From: Gemmatimonadota bacterium
GTDB lineage: Bacteria; Gemmatimonadota; Gemmatimonadetes; Longimicrobiales; Gaopeijiaceae
Reading direction: 5' to 3'
NCBI GenBank assembly: GCA_039589315.1
Contig: JBDHHQ010000007.1
Span: 1-64,000, forward strand
Length of the DNA stretch: 64,000 nt
Within the stretch, counting starts at the first letter, position 1. Each line of letters starts with the position of its first letter. A model generated the notes under the pieces. That model was not told where the DNA came from, did not search any database, and saw only the letters and a program-made list of their open reading frames with translations. Both the position numbers and the translations under genes were made by a program. Below are positions 9,893 through 20,488 of the stretch, piece by piece.

Positions 9893-11566
9893 TCAGGCCT
9901 CGTTGGTGGGTTCGCCCTGGTCCCACTGCGACACCGTTTCGCCGCCGACGATCGTGCGCAGGACCCGTATGGAGGGGAGCTCGTCGTCGTCGGCCGTCAG
10001 GGGATCGTCTGAAAGGACCACCAGGTCAGCCAGCGCGCCGGGCCGGATGCGGCCTTTCTCACCCTCCTGGAAGCTGGCTTTCGCCGCCTCGCTCGTGAAC
10101 ATGGCCACGGCCTCTTCCCGCGTGAAGCGGTTGGCCGGATTGAGGGGACCTTCCACCGAGTACAGGTAGATCTGGCCCAGCGGAGCGAGCCACTGTGGCT
10201 CGCAGGGGTGGCAGTCCGAGCCGCCGAACACGTGCACGCCGGCCTGGACCAGCTCTCGGTACCGGAGCGTCATGCGGTAGGCCCTGTTCTCCCCGTAGGC
10301 CCGGCAGATCATCTCCTTGTACCACGGCTCCATTCGGTACGAAGGCACCGTACAGACCGAGAGCCCGAGCCGCGCGATCCGTTCGATCTGCTCGTCCGTG
10401 AGGATCGGCACGTGCTCGAGGCGATGCCGGTGGTCGTCCCGTGGGAGTCTGGCGAGCGCTTCTTCGTAGGCGTCCAGGATGATGTCCGTGGCCCGAAGCC
10501 CGTCGCAGTGAATGGCCAATTGGAACCCAGCCTCGTGGGCCCGCCACACGAGCTCCCGGTAGTCACCGGGGTCGGTCTCCCGCCAGCAGTAGCCCCGGAG
10601 GTGAGGGGCGTCGTCGTAGGGCTCGTAGTTGGCAGATGTGCGGGTGTCGAGCCAGCCGTCCACGATCACCTTGATGGGGCCCAGCTTGACACGGTCGCCG
10701 AACCCGGTCCGGAGCCCCAGTGCCCTGAACCGATCGACGTGCCGGTAGTCACCTACGGTGGCGATGTTCTCGTACCCCTCGAACATGAGCCAGATGCGGA
10801 GGGGAAGCGTACCGGCTTGCTCCATCTCCACGAACGGCCAGATCTGCTCCGGACCGTAGCCGGAGGGGAGCCAGTTGCGGATGTGATGGACCGTCGTGAT
10901 CCCCATGGCCGCCATGTCTCTCACCGCGACTCCGGCCGCCTGCCTCAGCTCGTCGTCGGAGGGCGTCGGCACGGCCCCGAAGACGGGCAGCATGGCACCA
11001 TCGTTGAGCAGCCCATTGGGATGGCCATCGGGACCGCGGTGCAGCACGCCGTTGATCGGTTCGGGCGTATCTCCCGTGACTCCGCCCCGCTCGAGGGCCA
11101 GGGAGTTGCATACGAGTAGGTGTCCCCCGAGGTCGTTGAATGCCACGGGGTGATCGGGGGCCACCCGATCGAGCTCCCAGCGGTCCGGTGGCGTGCGGTC
11201 CGGCCACCGATCGACGCTGAACCCGCGGCCGGTGATCCACTCCGCTCGAGGTCGGAGGGCGGCCTCCTCGTGCGCGACCTCCAGGAGCTCCTCCCTGGAC
11301 GTGACGGGAGCGAGGTTCCTGTTGTAGAAGAGCGCCGCCCGAGACTCCGCCAGCCCGTAGCCCATGACGTGGGCGTGGGGCTCGATGAAGCCGGGAAAGA
11401 GCACGTTGCCCTGGAGATCCACGCTACGCGCGTTCGGCGCCGAGTCCGCGATCTCCTCGGCCGTGCCGATAGCCAGGACCCGCCCGCCCCCGACGAGGAC
11501 GGCCTGGGCGGTGGGACGCTCCGGATCCAGGGTGACTACGCGAGCGTTCGTGAAGACGGTGAGCAT
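9893..11566 (-). CDS. YtcJ-like amidohydrolase (Amidohydro_3)
   Basis: DLQGNVLFPGFIEPHAH, GHLLVCNSLAL, KVIVDG, QLAIHCDG, HRLEH, GGSD, GRIRPGALADLVVL. Confidence 0.9.
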   Translation of the reverse strand: MLTVFTNARVVTLDPERPTAQAVLVGGGRVLAIGTAEEIADSAPNARSVDLQGNVLFPGFIEPHAHVMGYGLAESRAALFYNRNLAPVTSREELLEVAHEEAALRPRAEWITGRGFSVDRWPDRTPPDRWELDRVAPDHPVAFNDLGGHLLVCNSLALERGGVTGDTPEPINGVLHRGPDGHPNGLLNDGAMLPVFGAVPTPSDDELRQAAGVAVRDMAAMGITTVHHIRNWLPSGYGPEQIWPFVEMEQAGTLPLRIWLMFEGYENIATVGDYRHVDRFRALGLRTGFGDRVKLGPIKVIVDGWLDTRTSANYEPYDDAPHLRGYCWRETDPGDYRELVWRAHEAGFQLAIHCDGLRATDIILDAYEEALARLPRDDHRHRLEHVPILTDEQIERIARLGLSVCTVPSYRMEPWYKEMICRAYGENRAYRMTLRYRELVQAGVHVFGGSDCHPCEPQWLAPLGQIYLYSVEGPLNPANRFTREEAVAMFTSEAAKASFQEGEKGRIRPGALADLVVLSDDPLTADDDELPSIRVLRTIVGGETVSQWDQGEPTNEA

Positions 11567-11837
11567 GGTGTTCGGCAGAGACTAGGCCCTCTCGGGTCGG
11601 CCTGCCAGTCCGTTGCGAGGGCCCCGGTGCCTGCTCGCCGCCCTCCCCGAGGGCCACCGAGGGGCCGGACGATCGTCAGCGCACCGTCCTGCATTGACTG
11701 GCTCTGGCGAGTGGCCTGCGGTAGCTTGGCGTCCACCCCAGCTTCAGCCCGGAACGAGTCCGACGGGCGGGCGTCCTCGGCGCGGCTCCGGCCCACGGCG
11801 GGCTCTTCACGTTGCGATTCCAAATCACGAGGTACCC

Positions 11838-14366
11838 ATGACGGCCCAAGCGCGAAGCCACCGAGCGTGGCCTACCGGTGTTCTGGCGAACCTGATCGGC
11901 CTGGCGGTTGTCTGCCAGCTTCTCGTCACCGGTCCGCGAGCGATTCAGGCCCAGGAGATCCCCTCCATCGAAGACAAGACCGCCGGCATGACCGCCATGG
12001 AAGGGTTCTTCGATCTCTACTGGGACGAGTCCGCCGGCAAGCTCTACTGGGAGATCGCCCCGCTGGACACGGAGTTCCTGTATCTCGTGTCGATGGCTTC
12101 GGGCCTCGGCAGCAACCCGGTGGGGATCGACCGGGGGCAACTGGGCGGAACCTACCTCCTCACGGCCAAGAAGATCGGACCTCGGGTGCTTCTGATGGAG
12201 CCCAACTATCAGTACCGAGCCGAAAGCGACAACCCTGAGGAGGTGAAGGCGGTGGAGGAGGCCTTCGCGCCCTCGGTCCACTGGGGCTTCGAGGTGGCGG
12301 CGCAGACGGGAGACCGCGTGCTGGTAGACGGCACGGACTTCTTCCTTCGGGACGCCCGCAGGGTGGTGGACCAGATCGCCAGCCGCGGTCAGGGGACCTT
12401 CCGGCTCGACGCCAGCCGGAGCGCGCTGTATCCGGACGCCATCCTGTCATTTGCAGACAACACCGAGGTGGAGGCCATCCTCACGTTCACGAGCGACGAT
12501 CCGGGCCCGTTGGTTCGGGGGGTCGCGGCTAGCGGCGAAGCCATCACGCTCCGCCAACATCACTCCTTCGTGCGGCTGCCCGACGACGGCTACGCCCCCC
12601 GGGTCACCGATCCCCGGGTGGGCACCAACGGACCCACGATCTACGACTACGCGACGCCCATCGACCAGGACCTGAGGCTGCGCTGGGTCGCACGGCACCG
12701 TCTCGAGAAGCGAGACCCCACAGCGGAGCGGTCCGAGGCGGTGGAGCCCATCGTCTACTACCTGGACCCGGGGGTCCCCGAACCCATCCGCAGCGCTTTG
12801 CTCGAGGGTGCCGAGTGGTGGAACCAGGCGTTCGAGGCGGCGGGCTACATCGACGCCTTCCGGGTCGCGGTCCTGCCAGACGGGGCGCATCCGCAGGACA
12901 TCCGCTACAACATGATCCACTGGACCCACCGGAGGACCCGGGGCTACTCGTATGGCAGCTCGGTGGTGGACCCCCGCACCGGTGAAATCATCAAAGGCAA
13001 CGTGAACCTGGGGAGCCTGCGACTCCGACAGGACTACCTGCACGGCCAGGGCGTGCTGCCCCCATTCCCCGCCGGACAGGGCATGTACTACGAGTCGTGC
13101 GGACTCGCTGACGCGCCGGGCTTCGAGTACCTGGCACAGGTCGCCGGCGACGCCGACGCGGTGGAGATGGCGCTGGCACGCGTCCGGCAGCTCTCTGCCC
13201 ACGAGGTGGGACACACCCTGGGCTTTCCTCACAACTACCTGGCCAGCGCCTACGGCCGGGAAAGCGTCATGGACTACCCGGCGCCGCTCGTGGAGATCGC
13301 GGATGACGGCACCATCGACCTGTCCAACGCGTACCTGCGACGGATCGGCGACTATGACAAGCTCTCGGTCACGTGGCTCTATCAGGACTTCCCAGCCGGA
13401 ACCGACGAATCGGCCGCCCTCCGGGAAATCACCGAGGAGGGGATGGAACAGGGCCTGTTCTACATGGGCCACACGAACAACAACTTCCGTGGCGCCGGCC
13501 ACCAATACGCGGGTGTCTGGGACAATGGCGACAACCTGGTCGACCACCTGAAGACCGAGATCGAGGTGCGCAGGATCGGCCTCGAGAGCTTCGGTCCCGA
13601 GGTGATAAGGCCCGGCGAGCCCCTGTCCAACCTGGAACAGGTCCTCCTGCCCCTCTACATGCACCACCGCTTCCAGCTCAACTCGGCGGTGCAGAGCGTG
13701 GGCGGCGCCGACTACGCGTACGCGTTGCGAGGCGACGGGCAGACACCGTACACCATCGTCCCCGCCGACGAGCAGCGGGACGCTCTGGAGACGGTGCTAT
13801 CCACCTTGACGGTCGATTTCCTGGCAATGCCGGAGCAAATCGTCGAGATGATTCCGCCCCCCGCCTTCCGGTACGGTCAGGGAGAGGTCTTCGACGGTTA
13901 TACGGAGCTGCTCTTCGATCCCCTGGGCGCGGCGGAGGGAGCCGCGGCCTTCGCCGTGGAGGAGCTGCTCAGGCCGGAGCGCATGGCGCGTCTCGTGGTG
14001 TTCGGCGCCATGGGCGACTATCCGAACCTCGAGGAAGTCGTCGATCGACTCGTGGACCACACGTGGAGTGCGCCCGAGCCGGACGACGAGTACCGGATGC
14101 GGGTCCTGCACACCATCCAGCGGGTCGTGGCCGACGAGATGATGGTGAAGGCCGCGCGTGACGACGTATCGGCGGAGGTCCGGGCCATCCTGGCGGACCG
14201 GCTCGGACGGCTGGCCGACTCCCTCGAGGCGCAGCCCGAGCTATCGCCCCATCAGCGCTTGGTCACGGCTGACATTCGGCGGTGGGAGAACCGCTCCGAA
14301 GCCACCATTCCCGGTCCGAAGCTGGAGATCCCGCCGGGCGATCCTATCGGGAGTCCGGGGAACTAG
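11838..14366 (+). CDS. Exported zinc metalloprotease (DUF5117/DUF4953, EcxA-like metzincin)
   Basis: GAGGT SD before ATG 11838; signal peptide; PIVYYLDPG, WWNQAFEAAG, DPRTGEII, HEVGHTLGFPHN, SVMDY. Confidence 0.88.
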   Translation: MTAQARSHRAWPTGVLANLIGLAVVCQLLVTGPRAIQAQEIPSIEDKTAGMTAMEGFFDLYWDESAGKLYWEIAPLDTEFLYLVSMASGLGSNPVGIDRGQLGGTYLLTAKKIGPRVLLMEPNYQYRAESDNPEEVKAVEEAFAPSVHWGFEVAAQTGDRVLVDGTDFFLRDARRVVDQIASRGQGTFRLDASRSALYPDAILSFADNTEVEAILTFTSDDPGPLVRGVAASGEAITLRQHHSFVRLPDDGYAPRVTDPRVGTNGPTIYDYATPIDQDLRLRWVARHRLEKRDPTAERSEAVEPIVYYLDPGVPEPIRSALLEGAEWWNQAFEAAGYIDAFRVAVLPDGAHPQDIRYNMIHWTHRRTRGYSYGSSVVDPRTGEIIKGNVNLGSLRLRQDYLHGQGVLPPFPAGQGMYYESCGLADAPGFEYLAQVAGDADAVEMALARVRQLSAHEVGHTLGFPHNYLASAYGRESVMDYPAPLVEIADDGTIDLSNAYLRRIGDYDKLSVTWLYQDFPAGTDESAALREITEEGMEQGLFYMGHTNNNFRGAGHQYAGVWDNGDNLVDHLKTEIEVRRIGLESFGPEVIRPGEPLSNLEQVLLPLYMHHRFQLNSAVQSVGGADYAYALRGDGQTPYTIVPADEQRDALETVLSTLTVDFLAMPEQIVEMIPPPAFRYGQGEVFDGYTELLFDPLGAAEGAAAFAVEELLRPERMARLVVFGAMGDYPNLEEVVDRLVDHTWSAPEPDDEYRMRVLHTIQRVVADEMMVKAARDDVSAEVRAILADRLGRLADSLEAQPELSPHQRLVTADIRRWENRSEATIPGPKLEIPPGDPIGSPGN

Positions 14367-14376
14367 AACTGCCATC

Positions 14377-14715
14377 GTGACGGAGCGACGCGAGTACCTC
14401 AAGAAGGCGACGTCAACGGTCGTCGCCGTGCGGCTCGATCTGGAGACGGACGGCTTCACGTACGAGAAGTGGGGCGTCTACACGGTGGACGCGGCGGTCT
14501 TCGCCCGCACCTACCGCCCGGTGAGCCCCGGCCTGTGGCGGAAAGTCACCCCGGTGTGGGCCGAGAAGGCAGAGCACGATGGGTACGTGGAGACACTGGA
14601 GGGCGTCACTCATTACGAGGCGGGCGACTACATCGTCTACAACGATCCGGGTGGCACGGACGCCTACGCCATGAGGGCCGACTCCTTCGAGGCCATGTAC
14701 GAGCCGGTACGCTGA
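14377..14715 (+). CDS. PGDYG-like small protein, apparently internally shortened
   Basis: TLEGVTHYEAGDYIV and FEAMYE repeat plus partial first repeat VYTVDAAVFARTY; GTG start 10 nt after the upstream stop. Confidence 0.55.
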   Translation: MTERREYLKKATSTVVAVRLDLETDGFTYEKWGVYTVDAAVFARTYRPVSPGLWRKVTPVWAEKAEHDGYVETLEGVTHYEAGDYIVYNDPGGTDAYAMRADSFEAMYEPVR

Positions 14716-14767
14716 CCGACCCTGAGCCGAGCTTTGTTCGATTCCCTGTGGGGGCTGAGCTCCCCCC

Positions 14768-14810
14768 AAGAAGAAGGCCCCGCACCGACCGCAGTCGGCG
14801 CGGGGCCTTC
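14768..14810 (-). terminator. Intrinsic terminator of ahcY, probably bidirectional
   Basis: GAAGGCCCCGC..GCGGGGCCTTC stem followed by TTCTT on the minus strand, between convergent genes. Confidence 0.75.
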
Positions 14811-14857
14811 CTCACGCGGGTCCCCGAACTCGGGCAGGCGCTCTCGGCGAGCGCCGA

Positions 14858-16342
<1,485 letters not shown>

Positions 16343-16379
16343 GGGGGTCTCGTCCTGTCTCTTGAGTTGATGCGTGTTG

Positions 16380-17327
16380 TCAGTCAGGTCTCGTGGCCGA
16401 TGCCACGAAGAGCAGAGGGCCCGTAGCTTCCGGCCGGGCAGGGAGGGGCTGGCACTGAAAGTCCGTCAGACCGGCCTGCCGGTGCCACAGACTCATCGAT
16501 CTCTCGTCGAAGCCGGACCACACATGCCCCACTTCCTCGCGGTAGCCCTCTCTCGTATGGGGTCTCATGTCGACCGTGATCAGGCGGCCGCCGGGTGCGA
16601 GCGTCCGCGCGGCTTCGGCCAGGGCGCGGGGAGGGTCCACGATGTAGTGGAGCACGAGGAGGAGCACCGCGACGTCCAGCTCGCCGTCGGCGACCGGGAG
16701 GCTCTCCAACTCGCCAGCTCGGACCTCGGCGTTCGGGAACGTCTGCAAGCGAGCCCGCGCCGCCTTACGCATCTCGGGGGAGCCGTCCACGGCCACCACT
16801 CGCCCGACGAAGGGCGCCACATGGGCGGCGAACTGGCCCGTGCCCGTTCCCAGGTCGCCGACCGTCCACCGGCGGTCCAGTAGGCCAATGAGCGGCAGCG
16901 CGTCCGTGCCGGCTCCGAACAGATCGTCCCTCAGGCTGTCCCAGCGGGCCGCCGCCGACGCGAAGAAGGCCTTCGACTTCTGCCGTCGGTGCGCCATGAC
17001 GGCGATCGCCCGTTCGGCGTCGCCCTCGGTGTGTCCCGCGGAGACCACATCCAATCGTACGAGGCTCCACAACTCCTGCGCCTCGCGGTCCAGGGAGGGC
17101 GACATCCGGTAATGCCGACTCGTCCCGCTGGCCCTCGACGTCACCCAGCCGTCGTCTGCCAGGACCTTCAGGTGACGGCTCACCGTGGACTGGGGAAGCT
17201 GGACGATCTGGACCAGCTCGGACACGGTGAGCTCTCCTTGCTCCAGCAGCACCAGGACGCGGCTCCGGGCCAGATCGCCCAGAGCGCTCATCCTCTCGAA
17301 AACGCGCGGCTCAGTCGTCGTATCCAT
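16380..17327 (-). CDS. sahR: ArsR-HTH / class I methyltransferase fusion regulator (SahR/SamR-type)
   Basis: [28 protein letters not shown] plus [12 protein letters not shown]-binding fold; directly upstream of ahcY. Confidence 0.85.
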   Translation of the reverse strand: MDTTTEPRVFERMSALGDLARSRVLVLLEQGELTVSELVQIVQLPQSTVSRHLKVLADDGWVTSRASGTSRHYRMSPSLDREAQELWSLVRLDVVSAGHTEGDAERAIAVMAHRRQKSKAFFASAAARWDSLRDDLFGAGTDALPLIGLLDRRWTVGDLGTGTGQFAAHVAPFVGRVVAVDGSPEMRKAARARLQTFPNAEVRAGELESLPVADGELDVAVLLLVLHYIVDPPRALAEAARTLAPGGRLITVDMRPHTREGYREEVGHVWSGFDERSMSLWHRQAGLTDFQCQPLPARPEATGPLLFVASATRPD

Positions 17328-17369
17328 AAATCCGGATACAATGATATACAAGGTCCAGGCCAGAATCAA
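17320..17369 (-). promoter_or_regulatory. Sigma70 promoter TTGATT-N17-TATCAT and 20-bp operator GTATCC-N8-GGATAC overlapping the sahR start
   Basis: -35 at 17369-17364, -10 at 17346-17341, palindrome at 17320-17339. Confidence 0.7.
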
Positions 17370-17526
17370 GCCCGAGCCGAGCCAGGCAGCGAGGCCGGAG
17401 GCCGACGAGGCCGAGGGCCCAAAGGCGGTGACGACGGGCGGGAAACGGAGCGGGCCCCCGCCTGAGACGGGAGCCCGTTCAACAGCGGAAGCAGCCGCAG
17501 CTTCCGGTGCGAGGAAGGGACCGCGT

Positions 17527-18348
17527 TCAGCGAGGGGTTGCCGTCGCTCTCCGCAGCGTCACGTCGCCGCTCACGGTGTTGAACGACAACCGGGGTCCGC
17601 CTTCGCCGATGGTCCCACGGACGTCCGAGCCGATCAACTTCTCGCTCTCTCGCTCCACATAGAGGTCGAAGTCCGTGTCCAGCTCACCCGAGAGCGAGGA
17701 GAAGCGGATGTCGGCGTCGAGGTCGGGGGGAAGGCGCAGCGTGATGTCTCCGCTCACCGTGTGGAAGCGCTGGCTCCGGTCGATCTGGCCCATCTCCACG
17801 TCAATGGATCCGCTGACCGTGCTGGCCCACGCGGTCCGACGGGTGGACACGACGACGTCGCCGGTGACGCTGGAGGCCGTGACGTCCGAGTCGACCTCCT
17901 CTACCTCGACGTCGCCGGTGACCATGGTGCCGATGAGCTCGACGCCCCTGGGGAGCGAGACCACGAAGTCCACATCAACGTCGATCGAGCGGTCGCGACG
18001 GTGGTCGCGGCGATCGTCGTCATCGTCGTCGTCCCGGTGACCGCACTCCCGTGTCCGCTCGGTCGGATCGTAGACTGCGCAGATCGTGTAGCCGTCCCCT
18101 TCTTCGACCACCCGGATCTCGACCCGCTCCAGATCCGACTGGCGTCCACGCTTACGGGCGCTCACGAAAGCGGCGCCGCCCTCGGCCAGCTCGGCTCGAA
18201 TGCTGCCCGTGATCCCCTTCACCTCCAGGACCTGGCCCGCGGTCATCCCTTCGCTCCAGGAGAAGTCCTCCTGTGCTTCCAGGGGGCCGCCGTTCAGCGT
18301 CGTGACCAGGCCCACGCCCAGACAGAGATGAACCAGTCTTCCCGTCAT
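17527..18348 (-). CDS. Exported DUF4097 beta-strand repeat protein
   Basis: Signal peptide; repeated T/S-V-S/T-G-D/S-I/V units (TMVTGDV, SSVTGDV, STVSGSI, HTVSGDI, NTVSGDV). Confidence 0.85.
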   Translation of the reverse strand: MTGRLVHLCLGVGLVTTLNGGPLEAQEDFSWSEGMTAGQVLEVKGITGSIRAELAEGGAAFVSARKRGRQSDLERVEIRVVEEGDGYTICAVYDPTERTRECGHRDDDDDDDRRDHRRDRSIDVDVDFVVSLPRGVELIGTMVTGDVEVEEVDSDVTASSVTGDVVVSTRRTAWASTVSGSIDVEMGQIDRSQRFHTVSGDITLRLPPDLDADIRFSSLSGELDTDFDLYVERESEKLIGSDVRGTIGEGGPRLSFNTVSGDVTLRRATATPR

Positions 18349-18391
18349 CGTGCCCCTCCCTCGTCGTCGAGTGCATGGCTGCTATTGCTCT

Positions 18392-18418
18392 GACGAGTTC
18401 CAGGGCCGTCTTGTTTGA
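18392..18418 (-). promoter_or_regulatory. Putative ECF sigma promoter for the DUF4097 gene (TCAAAC-N17-CGTC)
   Basis: AAAC..CGTC spacing matches the generic ECF consensus; lies between the csp terminator and the gene. Confidence 0.4.
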
Positions 18419-18428
18419 CCCCGACTCC

Positions 18429-18470
18429 AATGAAGAACGGGCCACCCCGGGAAAGTCCCGGAGTGGCCCG
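18429..18470 (-). terminator. Intrinsic terminator of csp
   Basis: CGGGCCACTCCGGGA/TCCCGGGGTGGCCCG stem followed by TTCTTCATT. Confidence 0.8.
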
Positions 18471-18496
18471 CCGTGACCACGAGGGTCAGCGACCGT

Positions 18497-18706
18497 CTAC
18501 GTCACTCGCACCACGTTCTCGGCAGCGGGGCCCTTGGTCCCTTCGGTGATGTCGAACTCGACGACATCGCCCTCAGACAGGCTCTTGAAGCCCTCAGCCT
18601 GAATGGCGGAGTGATGCACGAAGCAATCCCTCCCGTTGTCCTCGGGCGTGATGAATCCGAAGCCCTTCTGGTCGTTGAACCACTTCACGGTTCCTTTGGT
18701 ACGCAT
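18497..18706 (-). CDS. cspA: Cold-shock protein (CspA family)
   Basis: [15 protein letters not shown] (RNP1), FVHHSAI (RNP2), [14 protein letters not shown]. Confidence 0.96.
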   Translation of the reverse strand: MRTKGTVKWFNDQKGFGFITPEDNGRDCFVHHSAIQAEGFKSLSEGDVVEFDITEGTKGPAAENVVRVT

Positions 18707-18814
18707 CATCTGCTCCATAATGGTTGGTCAAGTTCGGAGTTTCGGACGATCCGCACCTCGCGACGCCTTGACTCACGCGGCCTCTACCCCCGCGCCGGGT
18801 CTGTGGCAGGACAG

Positions 18815-18872
18815 CCACCAATAAAAAGCGGGACTCCCGCCGAGGCAGGCTCCCGCATCGTTCCCACCAATA
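18815..18872 (-). promoter_or_regulatory. Terminator-like hairpin in the csp upstream leader, flanked by TATTGGTGG direct repeats
   Basis: Minus strand: TATTGGTGG gaacgat GCGGGAgcctgcctcggcgggagTCCCGC TTTTT ATTGGTGG. Confidence 0.5.
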
Positions 18873-19080
18873 CCATAGCCTAAACTCGCTACCTTGCGCC
18901 ATCTGCCTGGTCGACGCTGGAGGGAACTTGGCAGCCGGGGCACGGGCGGTCAATAGGGCCACAGGGGCAGGCTTTCGAGAGCTTGGCTGCCGAATCCCCC
19001 GGACCCCCTCTCGGGCCAGCGTCGATTCTCGGGGACGCCGGCCCTACATTGCCGGTGTTCGGCCCGACCCAGAGGTGCCC

Positions 19081-19542
19081 ATGCATCGCCACGCCCGCCG
19101 TAGCTTGACCATCACGGTCCTCCTGATATCCCCGATGTTCGGGTGCGGCGAGGGGGGCGGTGAGGTCACGGATCCCGAACAGCCACCGGATGATACCCCA
19201 GCGGGCATCGGCGTCGTGAGCGGGATCAGCCAGTCCGGCGTGGTGGGCTCCGAGCTGGCCGAACCGCTCGTTGCAAAGGTGGTCAGCAGGGTGGGCGCGC
19301 CGTTGCCAGGGATCACCGTGAGCTGGGTGGTGGAGGCGGGTGGGGGCTCGTTCGCCAGCGAGACGTCCGTCACCGACCAGGACGGTCTCGTGCAGACGAC
19401 GTACACGCTGGGCGACACCCCAGGCGAGAACGCCATGGTAGCGGTGGTCACGGGGACTTCCCTCAGCGCACGCTTCCTGGCCATGGCCCTGCCGGCACAG
19501 GTGCTCTGGTTCGCTCGCCGAGAGCGGGGGGGTGGTCCGTAA
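19081..19542 (+). CDS. Lipoprotein with a Big_1/invasin-type Ig-like domain
   Basis: GAGGT SD; lipobox MFGC; SGISQSGVVGSELAEPL, GITVSW, TDQDG, YTLG. Confidence 0.7.
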   Translation: MHRHARRSLTITVLLISPMFGCGEGGGEVTDPEQPPDDTPAGIGVVSGISQSGVVGSELAEPLVAKVVSRVGAPLPGITVSWVVEAGGGSFASETSVTDQDGLVQTTYTLGDTPGENAMVAVVTGTSLSARFLAMALPAQVLWFARRERGGGP

Positions 19543-19701
19543 CGGGCCCCTGTCCAGATCATCACCTCCATGTCAGGAATTCTCCCACGGTCCAAGGGGA
19601 GAAAGTCCCGCTATCGCGCTCCACTGGTGCCGTTCAGCTTGGGAACACGTCCCCAGGAAGGGGGCCCAGACGCTCATCGCGAACACGCCAGGAGGATCTC
19701 G

Positions 19702-20295
19702 ATGTTCAAGCGACATTCCGCCATAAGCCTCGCCGGATTCGCCGCGGCGTCACTCATGCTGCTGAGCTCCTGCAGCCCGCCCGAGGGCGCCCAGACAGGC
19801 GCCTCGGCGACCGAGCTGTCGGACGCGGCCTCGAACAAGGGACAGGCGTTCGTTCAGGACGAAGGCTCGAGGCCCAACATCTTGCAGATCGCGCTGGGCT
19901 CGCCGGACCACAGCACGCTGGTCGCTGCGGTTCAGGCAGCGGAGCTGGAGAACGTGCTGGTCAACCAGGGGCCCCTCACCGTCTTTGCGCCCACCAACGA
20001 CGCCTTCGGGGCGCTCCCGGAGGGGACCGTCGAGGACCTGCTCAAGCCGGAGAACAAGGCGGCTCTGGCCAAGATCGTGACCTCGCACGCCGCACCCGGG
20101 AAGTACACGACCGAGCAGCTGCACCAGTTGATGGAGCGCGAGTTGCAGCTGTACCAGGCCACCGGCCACTACGTTGCGATCGAGGTTCGCGACGGGGACA
20201 CCTACGTCAATGGCGCGAAGATCCTGGGCACCGTCGACGCGACCAACGGCATCGTGCACGTCGTAGACCAGGTCTTCCTCATCGCCGCGAATTGA
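19702..20295 (+). CDS. Fasciclin (FAS1) domain lipoprotein
   Basis: AGGAGG SD; LSSC lipobox; HSTLVAAV, TVFAPTNDAF, ATNGIVHVVDQV. Confidence 0.92.
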   Translation: MFKRHSAISLAGFAAASLMLLSSCSPPEGAQTGASATELSDAASNKGQAFVQDEGSRPNILQIALGSPDHSTLVAAVQAAELENVLVNQGPLTVFAPTNDAFGALPEGTVEDLLKPENKAALAKIVTSHAAPGKYTTEQLHQLMERELQLYQATGHYVAIEVRDGDTYVNGAKILGTVDATNGIVHVVDQVFLIAAN

Positions 20296-20488
20296 CCCGC
20301 GCCTGACGGCCGCAAACGGTCGCGGCGCGACCCTTTATCCTCCCCAGCCTTCCGGCGGCCACCCCGGTGGCCGCCGGCTGCCGATCTCCATTCGTGAAGC
20401 CACGGATCCACCGCACATCGCGCGATCCGGGGGCGACGATGGCCGGACGCTCCGTTAGCTTCGTGCAACGCCCCAGCCGGAGATCAGC

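Noticed and set aside
14731..14750. tRNA-like GTTCGATTCC motif
   Set aside because: No T-stem pairing, acceptor stem or cloverleaf.
16343..16379. SAH/SAM riboswitch upstream of ahcY
   Set aside because: The spacer is only 37 nt with no aptamer consensus; regulation is better explained by SahR.
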